From positions 23,562 to 87,561 of the forward strand of contig JBAZQK010000005.1 of the NCBI GenBank assembly GCA_041645215.1: a DNA stretch of 64,000 nucleotides, given 5' to 3'. Origin of the DNA: Patescibacteria group bacterium. GTDB taxonomy: Bacteria > Patescibacteriota > Patescibacteriia > Veblenbacterales > UBA10138. The notes under the pieces were generated by a model, which was given only the letters and a program-made list of their open reading frames with translations, searched no databases and had not been told where the DNA came from. The first letter of the stretch is position 1. Every line of letters begins with the position of its first letter. Position numbers and translations under genes: made by a program. Positions 28,385-37,875 of the stretch are shown here, piece after piece.

Positions 28385-28942
28385 TTAAAATTTTACCTCC
28401 ACATTCGCCTTTTCCGCTTCATTATCCATTTCAAAAAATTCCCGCTTGGCAAAGTTAAAAGTCTGGCCGACCAAATTGGAGGGGAAGGTTTCCAAAGCGG
28501 TGTTAAGGTCGCGTACCAAGCCGTTGTAAAAGCGGCGAGCGGCCTGAATTTTATTTTCGGTATCAGCTAACTCGTCCTGCAGTTTGGCAAAATTGACATT
28601 GGCTTTTAGTTCCGGGTAAGCCTCGGCCACGGCGAACAAACTTTTTAAAGCGTCACTTAGCATGTTTTCGGTTTGTTGCTTGTCAGCCACGCCTTGGGCG
28701 TTAATCGCCCGACTGCGCGCTTCGGTTACGGCGGCAAAAACTTTAGCCTCGTGCGCGGCGTAACCCTTGACCGTGCTGACCAGGTTGGGTATTAGGTCGT
28801 GGCGGCGTTTAAGCTGCACGTCAATATCGCTCCAGCCCTCGGCGCTGCGATTTTTTAAGGTTATTAGCCGGTTAAAGGTGGCAACTAACCAGCCGAGCAA
28901 TATAGCCGCGCCGCCGATGATTAGCCAAGCAAGTGTGGACAT
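28385..28942 (-). CDS. lemA: LemA family protein
   Basis: WSDIDVQLKRRHDLIPNLV, AEAYPELKAN, ENKIQAARRFYN, FPSN. Confidence 0.96.
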   Translation of the reverse strand: MSTLAWLIIGGAAILLGWLVATFNRLITLKNRSAEGWSDIDVQLKRRHDLIPNLVSTVKGYAAHEAKVFAAVTEARSRAINAQGVADKQQTENMLSDALKSLFAVAEAYPELKANVNFAKLQDELADTENKIQAARRFYNGLVRDLNTALETFPSNLVGQTFNFAKREFFEMDNEAEKANVEVKF

Positions 28943-29019
28943 ATTATTTAGTAATTAATGATAAATTATTAATATTTAGCAAATTGTAGTTTAGCATTTT
29001 GACGATAAAAAATCAACCA

Positions 29020-29218
29020 TAGGAAATTTAAAATGTAAATATCAAAAATAAAAATTAAATTTCTGAATTTTACATTTTACATTGCCTGCCCGCCATCAGC
29101 TTCTTGCAATCAACGTACTTTAACTAAGGCGGTAAAGCGTTGATTTATAAAGCGGGTGTGTTTGGTATAGGCTTAGGCAGGTTGGTTATTTTACATTTTG
29201 ATTTTTAAATTTTGCATT
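29020..29218. repeat. Heptamer-arm element with a nested CCTGCCCGCC...GGCAGG insert
   Basis: Same ATAGGAAATTT start and the same interruption point as the 28161 copy, with a different interior. Confidence 0.65.
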
Positions 29219-29281
29219 AATTAAATAAAAATAGGCCCGTTTTAGCGAACCCATTTTTAATCAGTTTGCTAAAATATTGCT

Positions 29282-29824
29282 TTACTTTATATTCAGCACT
29301 TCAATGCGTGAAGCCGTAAATTCTGTTTGGTCCTTAATGTTGGCGGCCGAGACCACTGTAACTTGGTCACCGGTTTTAATATCAGACAATTTTATATTCT
29401 CTTGTTTGAACAGGTTGGCGCCGCCTTCCTTGGGCAGTACCTTGGGAATGGTGCGGCTGATGATTTGGGTGTTATCGTCAGCTTTTACCTTAAGCGCAGT
29501 TTCGACTTTTAAGTAATTTACATTTGGTTTGGCTGAAACCGTAATCGTGTCGCCAGCGACGGCGGTAACTTCGCCAACATAGGAGTAAACCTCGCTGGGT
29601 ACTACCGGAGCCGGTGGTTGGTTAGGATTAGGCTGTTCATTGCCGTTGGCGGCCGCTTGTTCTTGGTTGGTTAGATTAGCCTTGTCGGATTTATCGCCCG
29701 CTGGCTTGTTAGACGATAAATAATAACCAATGGCGACTAAGACTATCGCCACCAAGGCAACTACCACTAAAATCGTGGTGGTGTTGCTACTGGGCTTTTG
29801 CGGGGACATTGGCGTGTCATTCAT
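29282..29824 (-). CDS. Membrane-anchored protein with OB-like (DUF5666-like) domain
   Basis: N-terminal TM helix, GEVTAVAGDTITV, LSDIKTGDQVTV. Confidence 0.7.
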   Translation of the reverse strand: MNDTPMSPQKPSSNTTTILVVVALVAIVLVAIGYYLSSNKPAGDKSDKANLTNQEQAAANGNEQPNPNQPPAPVVPSEVYSYVGEVTAVAGDTITVSAKPNVNYLKVETALKVKADDNTQIISRTIPKVLPKEGGANLFKQENIKLSDIKTGDQVTVVSAANIKDQTEFTASRIEVLNIK

Positions 29825-30234
29825 AGGTTTTATGTTAAGTGGCCGGTTTAACCGGCGAAATAAATTTCTAGATAAACTACCTTTATACTTTACTAGCTTT
29901 ACCCGTAAGTTGTCAAAATAATTACCAATGCCATATCTGTAGTAAGATTCGCTCGCTCATTAGGAATGGGTTTTTAATCATGTTTGCTTAGAAGCAGATA
30001 ATATGCTATAATAAACTTATATTACTGGTAATTAGAAATTTACGGCTGTTAGATTTAGGAATTAAAGGTTATAATAGTAGTTAAGGTAATCTACCATTAT
30101 GATTGTTATAGACACCGAGCGCGAATTCCATTTTGTCCTTCTTCGTCCACCTTTTCGGGGACTACGGCGGAGCAGGCTGGCTAATATGCTATAATAGCTT
30201 TATCTAAGAACTATTGGTTAAGAATTTGGGTTTT

Positions 30235-33200
30235 ATGCGCCAATCAAAATTTGTCCCGCCTACGGCTAAAAATAATAATAACCCATTATATCGCGCCCAA
30301 AGCTCCGTTCGTGTTTTAGCGAAAGCTGGAGTTTTTTTGTTTGGCTTAATAGTAATCGGTCTAATTATTCCACTGTTGCCGGTTAAGGCCGTCTCGTCTA
30401 CACCCAATGCGCCCAGCGGTTTATATAAATCCAGTTCTACCGCTACCAGCATTACTATAAATTGGACTGACAACTCAAGCAATGAAACCGGTTTTAGAAT
30501 ATACCGCAATGGCTCTCTGTATGATTTAGTCGGGGCTAATACTACTTCTTATACTGATACCGGTTTAGCCTGCGGCACTACTTATTCTTATTATGTAACG
30601 GCAATTAATAGTGTTAGTGCTCCACCGCCTCCTAGAAGCGGTTCCACCAGCTATAGCGCCAGCAACACCAATAGCTGCACGCAAAACTATTCTAGTTATA
30701 GTTTGAGTTTGGCCGCCGGAGAAACCCTAAATATTGGAACCTGCGGCGTGGCCGGTTCTTCAGGCAGTGGTGATACTTATTTACGGTTGTATTTGGGCGG
30801 CAGTGAGGTAGCTTCTAACGATGATGCTTGCGGGGTGTTGAGTAATATTAGTTATACGGCTTCTAGCGCCGGCACTTATGTGCTGCGCATGGGTTGTTAT
30901 AGCAGTGGCAGTTGCAGCGGCACCGTGGCCTATACAATCAACAGTTTGGCGCTAAAAACGCCGTGGTCGCCGGTCGCCAAAGTTTTTAATTGGTTTAATA
31001 GAGAACTCGGTTTAGTTAAAACAGCCGCGGCCCAGACGGTTTACGAATCTACTGCGTCTAACACTATTAGCGCTAGTACGGCCGCCTGTCCAGATACTAC
31101 TCCGCCCACTAACCCAACTTCTCTAAGCGCTTCTGGTTCACCTTGTTCAGGCAGTAATCCTTTGGCTTGTTCCAGTACCGCGCCGTCTTTAACTTATTCC
31201 TGGAATGCCGGGACTGATGCCGGCTCCGGCATTGCCGGCTATCAAGTAGTTTTGCAAGATTCCACCACTGCCGCTTGGGTAGCCTCGGCTACCGTGGGCA
31301 ATGTTTTAAGCGCTTCTCTTTTTCCCAGCGGTTTAGTTAATAATCGCACTTATTATACCTGGGTGCGGGCTTATGATAATGCCGGTAACTGGAACGGGGT
31401 ATTTTTAATGGGTAATAGCGTTGTGCCGCAAAATGAGACCACTCCGCCCACCGGCAGCGTCAATCCAGTCTCGGGCACTAGTTACAGTGCTTACAGCTAT
31501 AATGTTACAGCCTCTTATACTGATGCCAGTGGAGTGGCCTCTATAACATATTGTACTGTTGATGGCACTTCTAATTGTTCTCCTTCTATTACTTCTGCCA
31601 CTAGTTCTGTGGTTGTAACAATTGCTAGTCCAATAATTACTTTTTGCCACTTTGGTACGGATACGTTAGGCAATTCTAGCGCTGTAGCTTGCGGTACTTA
31701 TTATTTAAGGCCAACCCAACCGAATTCTATTGCGCTTTCTACCAATCAGAATAATGGTAACGTTACCATAGGCTGGTGGGATACTGCCACCAGTGAATCT
31801 AGTTTTGGAATTGCCAGAACCGGCCCAAGTAATACTATTTTTTCAGCTCCAGCTAAAAGTGGCACCGGTTGGACCAGTTATACTGATGTTTCTTGTCCGA
31901 CAGGCGGTACTTATACTTACGCGGTGTCGGCCTGTAACGCGGCTGGTTGTAGCAATGCTATTTCCGATTCAATTATTAAGCCGAGCTGTGACACCACGCC
32001 GCCCAGTGGTACTGTCAACTTTAATCCCAGCGTGAATTATACTTCAGCCAGCAGTTCCGGGGTAGATTTAGGTTGTAGTGATGTGGGTGGTAGTGGTTGT
32101 TCCACTTATAAACTATACGGCCCTAATGATTCTAGTTGCAGTAGCAGCTTAATTACGTCTGGCAGTTATTCTGGTCCAGTTTCAACTACAATAAATTTGG
32201 GCGGGCAGGGGGCTAAGGCTATTAGCGCTAAGTTTACCGATGTGGCGGGTAATAGCAGTTGTGTATCGCAAAGTATTTATGTTGATACTACTCCTCCTAC
32301 TGGCAGCGTATCCATAAACAATGATGCCACAACTACCAGTAGCGCCAATGTTACTTTAACTTTAACTTGTTCTGATAATACTGACCCTGATCTACGAGTC
32401 TTAGCTCCCCCTAGCAATAAATTCGCTTTTGTTTCAAAAATTCTGCATTGGTTAGGTTTGAATTGGATAGCCGAGGCTTTCATCGGCCCCACCGGCAAAG
32501 GCGGATGTCAGTCGTATAATGTTTACACTAGTGGTAATTGTTCTGGTTCGGCTGTTAGTAACGGTACGGCTCCGCAAAGTAGTAATTCCATCACTGCTTC
32601 GGCCACTTTGTCGTCGGGTAGCGGTACCAAGTACATCAGCGTGCAATATATGGACGGCGCTGGCAATACTTATTGCGCTTCCGATAGTATAGTTTTAGAT
32701 ACCACCCCGCCGACTTGTTCAGTAGCTGCTTCCGGCTCCACCTTAACCGCCACTTGCTCTGACACCGGCGGTTCCGGTTGCACCCAAGCCACCAAAACTC
32801 AAACCGCTACCACCACTGGCACTTATACTTTTAATTTCAGTGATAATGCCGGTAACAGCGGTTCTTGTTCGTATCCTTATACGGCTGTGCAGCTGCCGAC
32901 AGCTTGTACCAGCGTGGGAGTTACTTCGATTGTTAGCGGTAGTGGCGCTACCAATGTAACGCCAGTTACTTTCCAGTGTTATGGCTCGTCCGGCGGGTCG
33001 CCTAATGAATATTTGCATACTTATTATTTGAATGGTTCATCTCCGGTTGTGGTAGGTAATCAGCCTTCTTATTTGAACTTAACTTTAGGGCAAGGAACTT
33101 ATGCAGATTGTATTCAGGCTCATAATTCAGCCGGTTACAGCGGTACTACTTGCGGTTCTATGGTAGTAGATACTCAAGGGCCAATTCCGGACGCTGCCGT

Positions 33201-33609
33201 TACTGAAGTTGGTTCAAAAGAGTACAGCCTAACCCCAACTTCAATATTTACCAATATCAAAGGGTCTCGTTATGCAAAAGGTACCACTAGTACCAATGCT
33301 AATGACCCCGCTTTTAGTCTTACTTTGCCTGTAACGAGCCTTTCTGGATTAAAAACTGCAACCTGTGTTCTTAATAAGGGTGCAACTCAAGTAGGAGCGT
33401 CTGTTGGATGTAGAAATTCTAATAATCAAATAAGCGTGTCTTTTACTCCTTACAGTTATACGACAGGTACGAATAATAATGATAACAACGGAGATTATTC
33501 TATAGTAGTAAGTGCAGCGGATAATGCTGGTAATATAAAGAATAATTTTTATACAAGCAGTGTTTTAAATGTTAATAATTTGAAACCCAGTATTACTAAT
33601 GTTCGTTAA
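30235..33609 (+). CDS. Large Ser/Thr/Cys-rich surface protein (FN3, PPC-like and Ig-like DTTPP repeats)
   Basis: TM/signal segment ending VKA, INWTDNSSNETGFRIYRNG FN3 motif, GDTYLRL...NDDACG, repeated DTTPP...D.AGN modules. Confidence 0.85.
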   Translation: MRQSKFVPPTAKNNNNPLYRAQSSVRVLAKAGVFLFGLIVIGLIIPLLPVKAVSSTPNAPSGLYKSSSTATSITINWTDNSSNETGFRIYRNGSLYDLVGANTTSYTDTGLACGTTYSYYVTAINSVSAPPPPRSGSTSYSASNTNSCTQNYSSYSLSLAAGETLNIGTCGVAGSSGSGDTYLRLYLGGSEVASNDDACGVLSNISYTASSAGTYVLRMGCYSSGSCSGTVAYTINSLALKTPWSPVAKVFNWFNRELGLVKTAAAQTVYESTASNTISASTAACPDTTPPTNPTSLSASGSPCSGSNPLACSSTAPSLTYSWNAGTDAGSGIAGYQVVLQDSTTAAWVASATVGNVLSASLFPSGLVNNRTYYTWVRAYDNAGNWNGVFLMGNSVVPQNETTPPTGSVNPVSGTSYSAYSYNVTASYTDASGVASITYCTVDGTSNCSPSITSATSSVVVTIASPIITFCHFGTDTLGNSSAVACGTYYLRPTQPNSIALSTNQNNGNVTIGWWDTATSESSFGIARTGPSNTIFSAPAKSGTGWTSYTDVSCPTGGTYTYAVSACNAAGCSNAISDSIIKPSCDTTPPSGTVNFNPSVNYTSASSSGVDLGCSDVGGSGCSTYKLYGPNDSSCSSSLITSGSYSGPVSTTINLGGQGAKAISAKFTDVAGNSSCVSQSIYVDTTPPTGSVSINNDATTTSSANVTLTLTCSDNTDPDLRVLAPPSNKFAFVSKILHWLGLNWIAEAFIGPTGKGGCQSYNVYTSGNCSGSAVSNGTAPQSSNSITASATLSSGSGTKYISVQYMDGAGNTYCASDSIVLDTTPPTCSVAASGSTLTATCSDTGGSGCTQATKTQTATTTGTYTFNFSDNAGNSGSCSYPYTAVQLPTACTSVGVTSIVSGSGATNVTPVTFQCYGSSGGSPNEYLHTYYLNGSSPVVVGNQPSYLNLTLGQGTYADCIQAHNSAGYSGTTCGSMVVDTQGPIPDAAVTEVGSKEYSLTPTSIFTNIKGSRYAKGTTSTNANDPAFSLTLPVTSLSGLKTATCVLNKGATQVGASVGCRNSNNQISVSFTPYSYTTGTNNNDNNGDYSIVVSAADNAGNIKNNFYTSSVLNVNNLKPSITNVR

Positions 33610-33696
33610 ACAATTATTTTATTGTTAAACTTTAAAAATCAACCTTAATTGGGTTGATTTTTTGCTTTATCTTAGCCAAGATATCCACTTATGCCC

Positions 33697-33725
33697 TTGA
33701 CAAAATAGTGTTTAGGGTGTATGAT
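33697..33725 (+). promoter_or_regulatory. Sigma70 promoter, duplicated in front of the next two paralogs
   Basis: TTGACA-17-TATGAT. The same block with a degenerate -35 recurs near 35711 and 37667. Confidence 0.75.
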
Positions 33726-33857
33726 GAATTGTTAAATTAAAATAAACAGTGGATAATATAAATAGTCATTGCGAGCGGAGCGAGTGTGCTCAAAATGACA
33801 ATAACAAAGTTTTTTAAAAAAGTCATAATATTAAAAACTAAATATAAAGGTGCAATA

Positions 33858-35477
33858 ATGAAACGATTGTTAAACATATCGTTAGTGTTGCTCTTTGTAG
33901 CAACACTGTCTTACGGCCAGTGGCAGCAAGTTACCAACTGGGATCCTAAACAGCAACTTGAAGCTGTTTGTTCTGTGGATAATAATGTTTGGACAGTAGG
34001 CAATGGCCATCCTTCAATATATCACTCTACTGATTCAGGAAAAACCTGGTCAGCGCAACTAGAGCCAGGCACAGAGGCGGCCGCATACAACGCTGTTCAG
34101 TTTGTCAACAAGAACTTGGGTTATATAGCCGGTGGTCCTATCAGTGGTGAAGATTACGGTGTAATCTTAAAAACCACCACTGGTGGCAGCAGTTGGTTCC
34201 GGCTTAATAATCCTGTAGCCAGCGGTATCAGATGTATGTTTTGGGCCGATAGTTTAAATGGCTGGTTAGCCGGAGGTACTAGGCAGTTATACTATTATAA
34301 AGATACTACTGGTACTAATGGCGGCTTGGTCTGGCGAACTACTGATGGGGGTTTCACGTGGAATATTCAAAAATTTGGTAAGCCAAGATATGGATTTTGG
34401 CGTATTCAGATGTTGTCAAATGGTTTTGGTTGGCTGTTAAGCATGAACGAATTGTATACAACTTCTGACTTTGGTTCTACTTGGCGCAAATACAACAGCT
34501 TGCCACTGTCAGGCGATTATGAGTATTTTCAATTGGTTGCCAAAGCAAACAAAGTCTATATAGTCTTGCGTTCATTTTCATTGAACAAAACTCCAGTTTA
34601 TATGTCGCAGGATAATGGTTTGAACTGGCAGTTGCTTAGTGAATTGAATGGTTTGCCGCTTCGTCCCAATTCTTTGCTTGCTATTGATGAAAATGATTTG
34701 TATTTTGTTGGAAACGATTGGCAAATAAATAGTTATATTCTAAAATCTACTGATGGCGGAAAAACTTGGAAAGTTGATTTTCAGGTTGGTATGAATAGCG
34801 GTGAAATTTATTACACATTACAAATGAGTCCTGATATGAAAACCGGTTGGGCAGTTGGTTCACAAATCTGGCGCTATGTTGTTCCGCCCACGCTCAATGT
34901 TAATCCTGATAAGGTGGCTAGAGCTGGTACGCCGTTTGTAGCCCGGTATTCAACCTATAAGACCTACCCCGGTGATAATATGGCTACGGCAAAAGTTGAC
35001 TATCCTAGTTGGTTAAGCGTGGTATCAAGTACGGAGATTAAAGGCACAGTGCCAAATTCTCTGTTACACAAGAAATTCGTTTTCCAAGTTACGGCTACTA
35101 CAACCGAAGGCGGATTTAAGACTTTCAAGTCGGATTCCATTTATGTGGATGACGTGGTTTGGGTTGAGCCAAATGAAGTTCCAACTAAATTCTCGCTTAG
35201 CCAAAACTATCCTAATCCGTTCAATCCCAGCACCACTATTAGTTATACCATTCCAACTAGTACCGACGTAAAATTAGTGGTTGTTAATACTCTTGGCCAA
35301 GAAATTGTCACTTTGGTCAACGAATACAAAGTTGTTGGCACTTATGAAGTAGTTTTCTCCGCCCAAGGCGGATCCGCCTCTGGCGGAAATGCCAGCAATT
35401 TGCCCAGCGGTATCTACTTCTACCGCTTAACAGCTGGCAACTTCGTCAGCACTAAGAAAATGATGTATCTAAAATAA
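33858..35477 (+). CDS. YCF48/BNR beta-propeller protein with T9SS type A C-terminal domain (copy 1)
   Basis: Signal peptide YG|Q, repeated S/T.DGG.TW Asp-boxes, LSQNYPNPFNPST...LPSGIYFYRL...KKMMYLK. Confidence 0.9.
   Translation: MKRLLNISLVLLFVATLSYGQWQQVTNWDPKQQLEAVCSVDNNVWTVGNGHPSIYHSTDSGKTWSAQLEPGTEAAAYNAVQFVNKNLGYIAGGPISGEDYGVILKTTTGGSSWFRLNNPVASGIRCMFWADSLNGWLAGGTRQLYYYKDTTGTNGGLVWRTTDGGFTWNIQKFGKPRYGFWRIQMLSNGFGWLLSMNELYTTSDFGSTWRKYNSLPLSGDYEYFQLVAKANKVYIVLRSFSLNKTPVYMSQDNGLNWQLLSELNGLPLRPNSLLAIDENDLYFVGNDWQINSYILKSTDGGKTWKVDFQVGMNSGEIYYTLQMSPDMKTGWAVGSQIWRYVVPPTLNVNPDKVARAGTPFVARYSTYKTYPGDNMATAKVDYPSWLSVVSSTEIKGTVPNSLLHKKFVFQVTATTTEGGFKTFKSDSIYVDDVVWVEPNEVPTKFSLSQNYPNPFNPSTTISYTIPTSTDVKLVVVNTLGQEIVTLVNEYKVVGTYEVVFSAQGGSASGGNASNLPSGIYFYRLTAGNFVSTKKMMYLK
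35358..35387. repeat. 30-bp double palindrome inserted in frame (SAQGGSASGG)
   Basis: TCCGCCCAAGGCGGATCCGCCTCTGGCGGA. Identical at 37316-37345 and absent from copies 3 and 4. Confidence 0.85.
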
Positions 35478-35627
35478 AAATAATTCTGCCAAGCATCGCG
35501 CTTGGCAAGTCAAAAATAAAGGGTTCATTCAGGTGTTAATTCTCATACAGTTTTCTATAATTGATTACTGCGAGATTTAACACCTTATTTTTTTGTCTTT
35601 TTATCTTTTTTACATTTTTCCAATCAA

Positions 35628-35697
35628 GCAAATACTTCCATACTTCCCAGTATCAAAGTAATTGACGATTTTATAATTATTATGATTTATGCTAAGG
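35628..35697. repeat. Dispersed hairpin repeat, copy 1 of 5 (others at 37584, 39601, 43203, 50376)
   Basis: CAAATACTTCCATACTTCCCAGTATCAAAGTA.T.G.CGATTTTATAATT. Confidence 0.85.
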
Positions 35698-35824
35698 TAA
35701 CTTGTTAAATAAGATAAAATAGCGTTTAGGGTGTATGATGGATTGTTAAATCAAAATAAACAGTGGATAATATAAATAGTTGAACCAAAAAAGTTTTTTA
35801 AAAACATATATAAGGAATCTAGTC

Positions 35825-37435
35825 ATGAGAACAATAGTTAAGTTGTTCCTAGTTTTGTTTGTATTATTTGTTGCCCCTGTAATGGCTCTTTACCAGCAGG
35901 GAGTTTCATTGCCAACGCAATGGACCAATGTCAGCTCGGAAATAGACTTGTATGCTATTGAAACACTGGACGGCGTGAATGTTTACGCTGCCGGCGGCGC
36001 TAAAATACTCTGCTCTCATAATGGTGGTCAAACCTGGACCAAGCCAGTAACTGATGATGTCTGGTTTAAAGGCATTAAAGTATTTGATAATAACAATGTT
36101 TTAGTTTACGGCGGCGCTTACGGCGACGGTGTTATTTATCAAACCACCGATGGCGGCCAAACCTGGACCATAAATCGTTTAACCGGCCTTAATCTTATAA
36201 TGTCCATGCATTTTTTGGACAGGTTAAATGGTTGGATAACGAGTTATGACGTTGTGGAAATTAATCTTATGGTCATTCGTATACACAAAACTACCGACGG
36301 CGGCCAAACCTGGACTCTAGCCCATTCTTTTATTAGTAGTTATAGACTGCGAAGTATTTGGGCAGTCAATCAAAATACTGTTATAGCCGCAGGCGATAGT
36401 GCTCGAGTTATTATAACTACCAATGCTGGTGTAACCTGGAATAAGATTACTATGCCTAGTGCTGGTCTTACTACTAGCTTTGAATCAATTGTGTTTACCA
36501 ATAATTCTACCGGCTTAATAGCAGGAAATCAGACATCAAGTCAGGGTAATTATGTATTTAAAACTACCGATGGCGGTAAAACTTGGACAATTGTTTTTGG
36601 TAATAAAGATTATTATATTTACCATTTGCAAATGCTGGATAGTAATAATGGTTACGCGGTTGGACAAGTAGGTAAATGGAACCCGGGTAGGATATATGGT
36701 GCCTTATTTAAAACTACTGATGGTGGAAACAATTGGCAGGAAATGTTAGCTAACGGCGATAATAATGCTTACTACGGTGTTAGTTTTATCAATCAGGAAA
36801 GTGGTTTTATCGCTGGTCTTGATGGCATCTATAAGTATCAAAATCATTGGCCTAAGTTTAATATTACCAGCCTAGCCACCGTGGCTTATGTAGATAGTAC
36901 TTATCGGCAAAAGTTGCAGGCGACTGACGTAGATGGCGATAGTCTGCGTTTCAGTTTGGTGAACAGTCCGGTATTCTTGCACATAGTTGATAGTACAATC
37001 ACTGGCAAGCCAACCACTGCTGATACAGGTAGTTATTTAATTACAGTGGTAGTTAGCGATGGCAAGGGTGGAACTGACACCTTAAAGTATAACCTTAAGG
37101 TAGATAAGCTAACTGGTATTGATGATAGTCAAACTGTTCCAGTTACTTATAGTTTGAGCCAAAACTATCCCAATCCGTTTAACCCAAGTACAACTATTGT
37201 TTATTCCATTCCAACCTCCTGCCAAGTTAAGCTTCAAGTTTTAGACATACTTGGCCGAGAAATCGTTGAGTTAGTCAACGAGCAAAAATTCGCTGGCAGT
37301 TACGAAGTAGTTTTTTCCGCCCAAGGCGGATCCGCCTCTGGCGGAAATGCCAGCAATTTGCCTAGCGGTATCTACTTCTATCGCTTGCAAGCTGGCAACT
37401 TCGTCAGCACTAAGAAAATGATGTATCTAAAATAA
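35825..37435 (+). CDS. YCF48/BNR beta-propeller + Ig/cadherin-like + T9SS type A CTD protein (copy 2)
   Basis: TTDGGQTW repeats, ATDVDGDSL..., VSDGKGG, LSQNYPNPFNPST. Confidence 0.9.
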   Translation: MRTIVKLFLVLFVLFVAPVMALYQQGVSLPTQWTNVSSEIDLYAIETLDGVNVYAAGGAKILCSHNGGQTWTKPVTDDVWFKGIKVFDNNNVLVYGGAYGDGVIYQTTDGGQTWTINRLTGLNLIMSMHFLDRLNGWITSYDVVEINLMVIRIHKTTDGGQTWTLAHSFISSYRLRSIWAVNQNTVIAAGDSARVIITTNAGVTWNKITMPSAGLTTSFESIVFTNNSTGLIAGNQTSSQGNYVFKTTDGGKTWTIVFGNKDYYIYHLQMLDSNNGYAVGQVGKWNPGRIYGALFKTTDGGNNWQEMLANGDNNAYYGVSFINQESGFIAGLDGIYKYQNHWPKFNITSLATVAYVDSTYRQKLQATDVDGDSLRFSLVNSPVFLHIVDSTITGKPTTADTGSYLITVVVSDGKGGTDTLKYNLKVDKLTGIDDSQTVPVTYSLSQNYPNPFNPSTTIVYSIPTSCQVKLQVLDILGREIVELVNEQKFAGSYEVVFSAQGGSASGGNASNLPSGIYFYRLQAGNFVSTKKMMYLK

Positions 37436-37875
37436 AAAAATCTGCCAAGCATCGCGCTTGGCAAGTCAAAAATAAAGGGTTCATTCAGGTGTTAATTCTC
37501 ATACAGTTTTCTATAATTGATTACTGCGAGATTTAACACCTTATTTTTTTATTATTCTTATCTTTTTTCATTTTTCCAATCAAGCAATTACTTCCATACT
37601 TCCCAGTATCAAAGTAATTGACGATTTTATAATTATTATGATTTATGCTAAGGTAACTTGTTAAATAAGACAAAATAGCGTTTAGGGTGTATGATGAATT
37701 GTTAAATTAAAATAGACAGTGGATAATATAAATAGTCATTCTGAAGCTGATGTTCATCGGCTGAAGAATCTAAAGCGAATAATCAAAATGTTACAGATTT
37801 TTCGCTTCGCTCAAAATGACAATAAAAAAGTTTTTTAAAAAAGTTAATAATATCAAATAAATAAAAGGTGACAAA

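Noticed and set aside
35685-35710. dif/Xer site (ATTTATGCTAAGGTAACTTGTTAAAT)
   Set aside because: Arm spacing is 4 rather than 6 bp, and it is better read as an extended -10 promoter remnant, as at about 43926.
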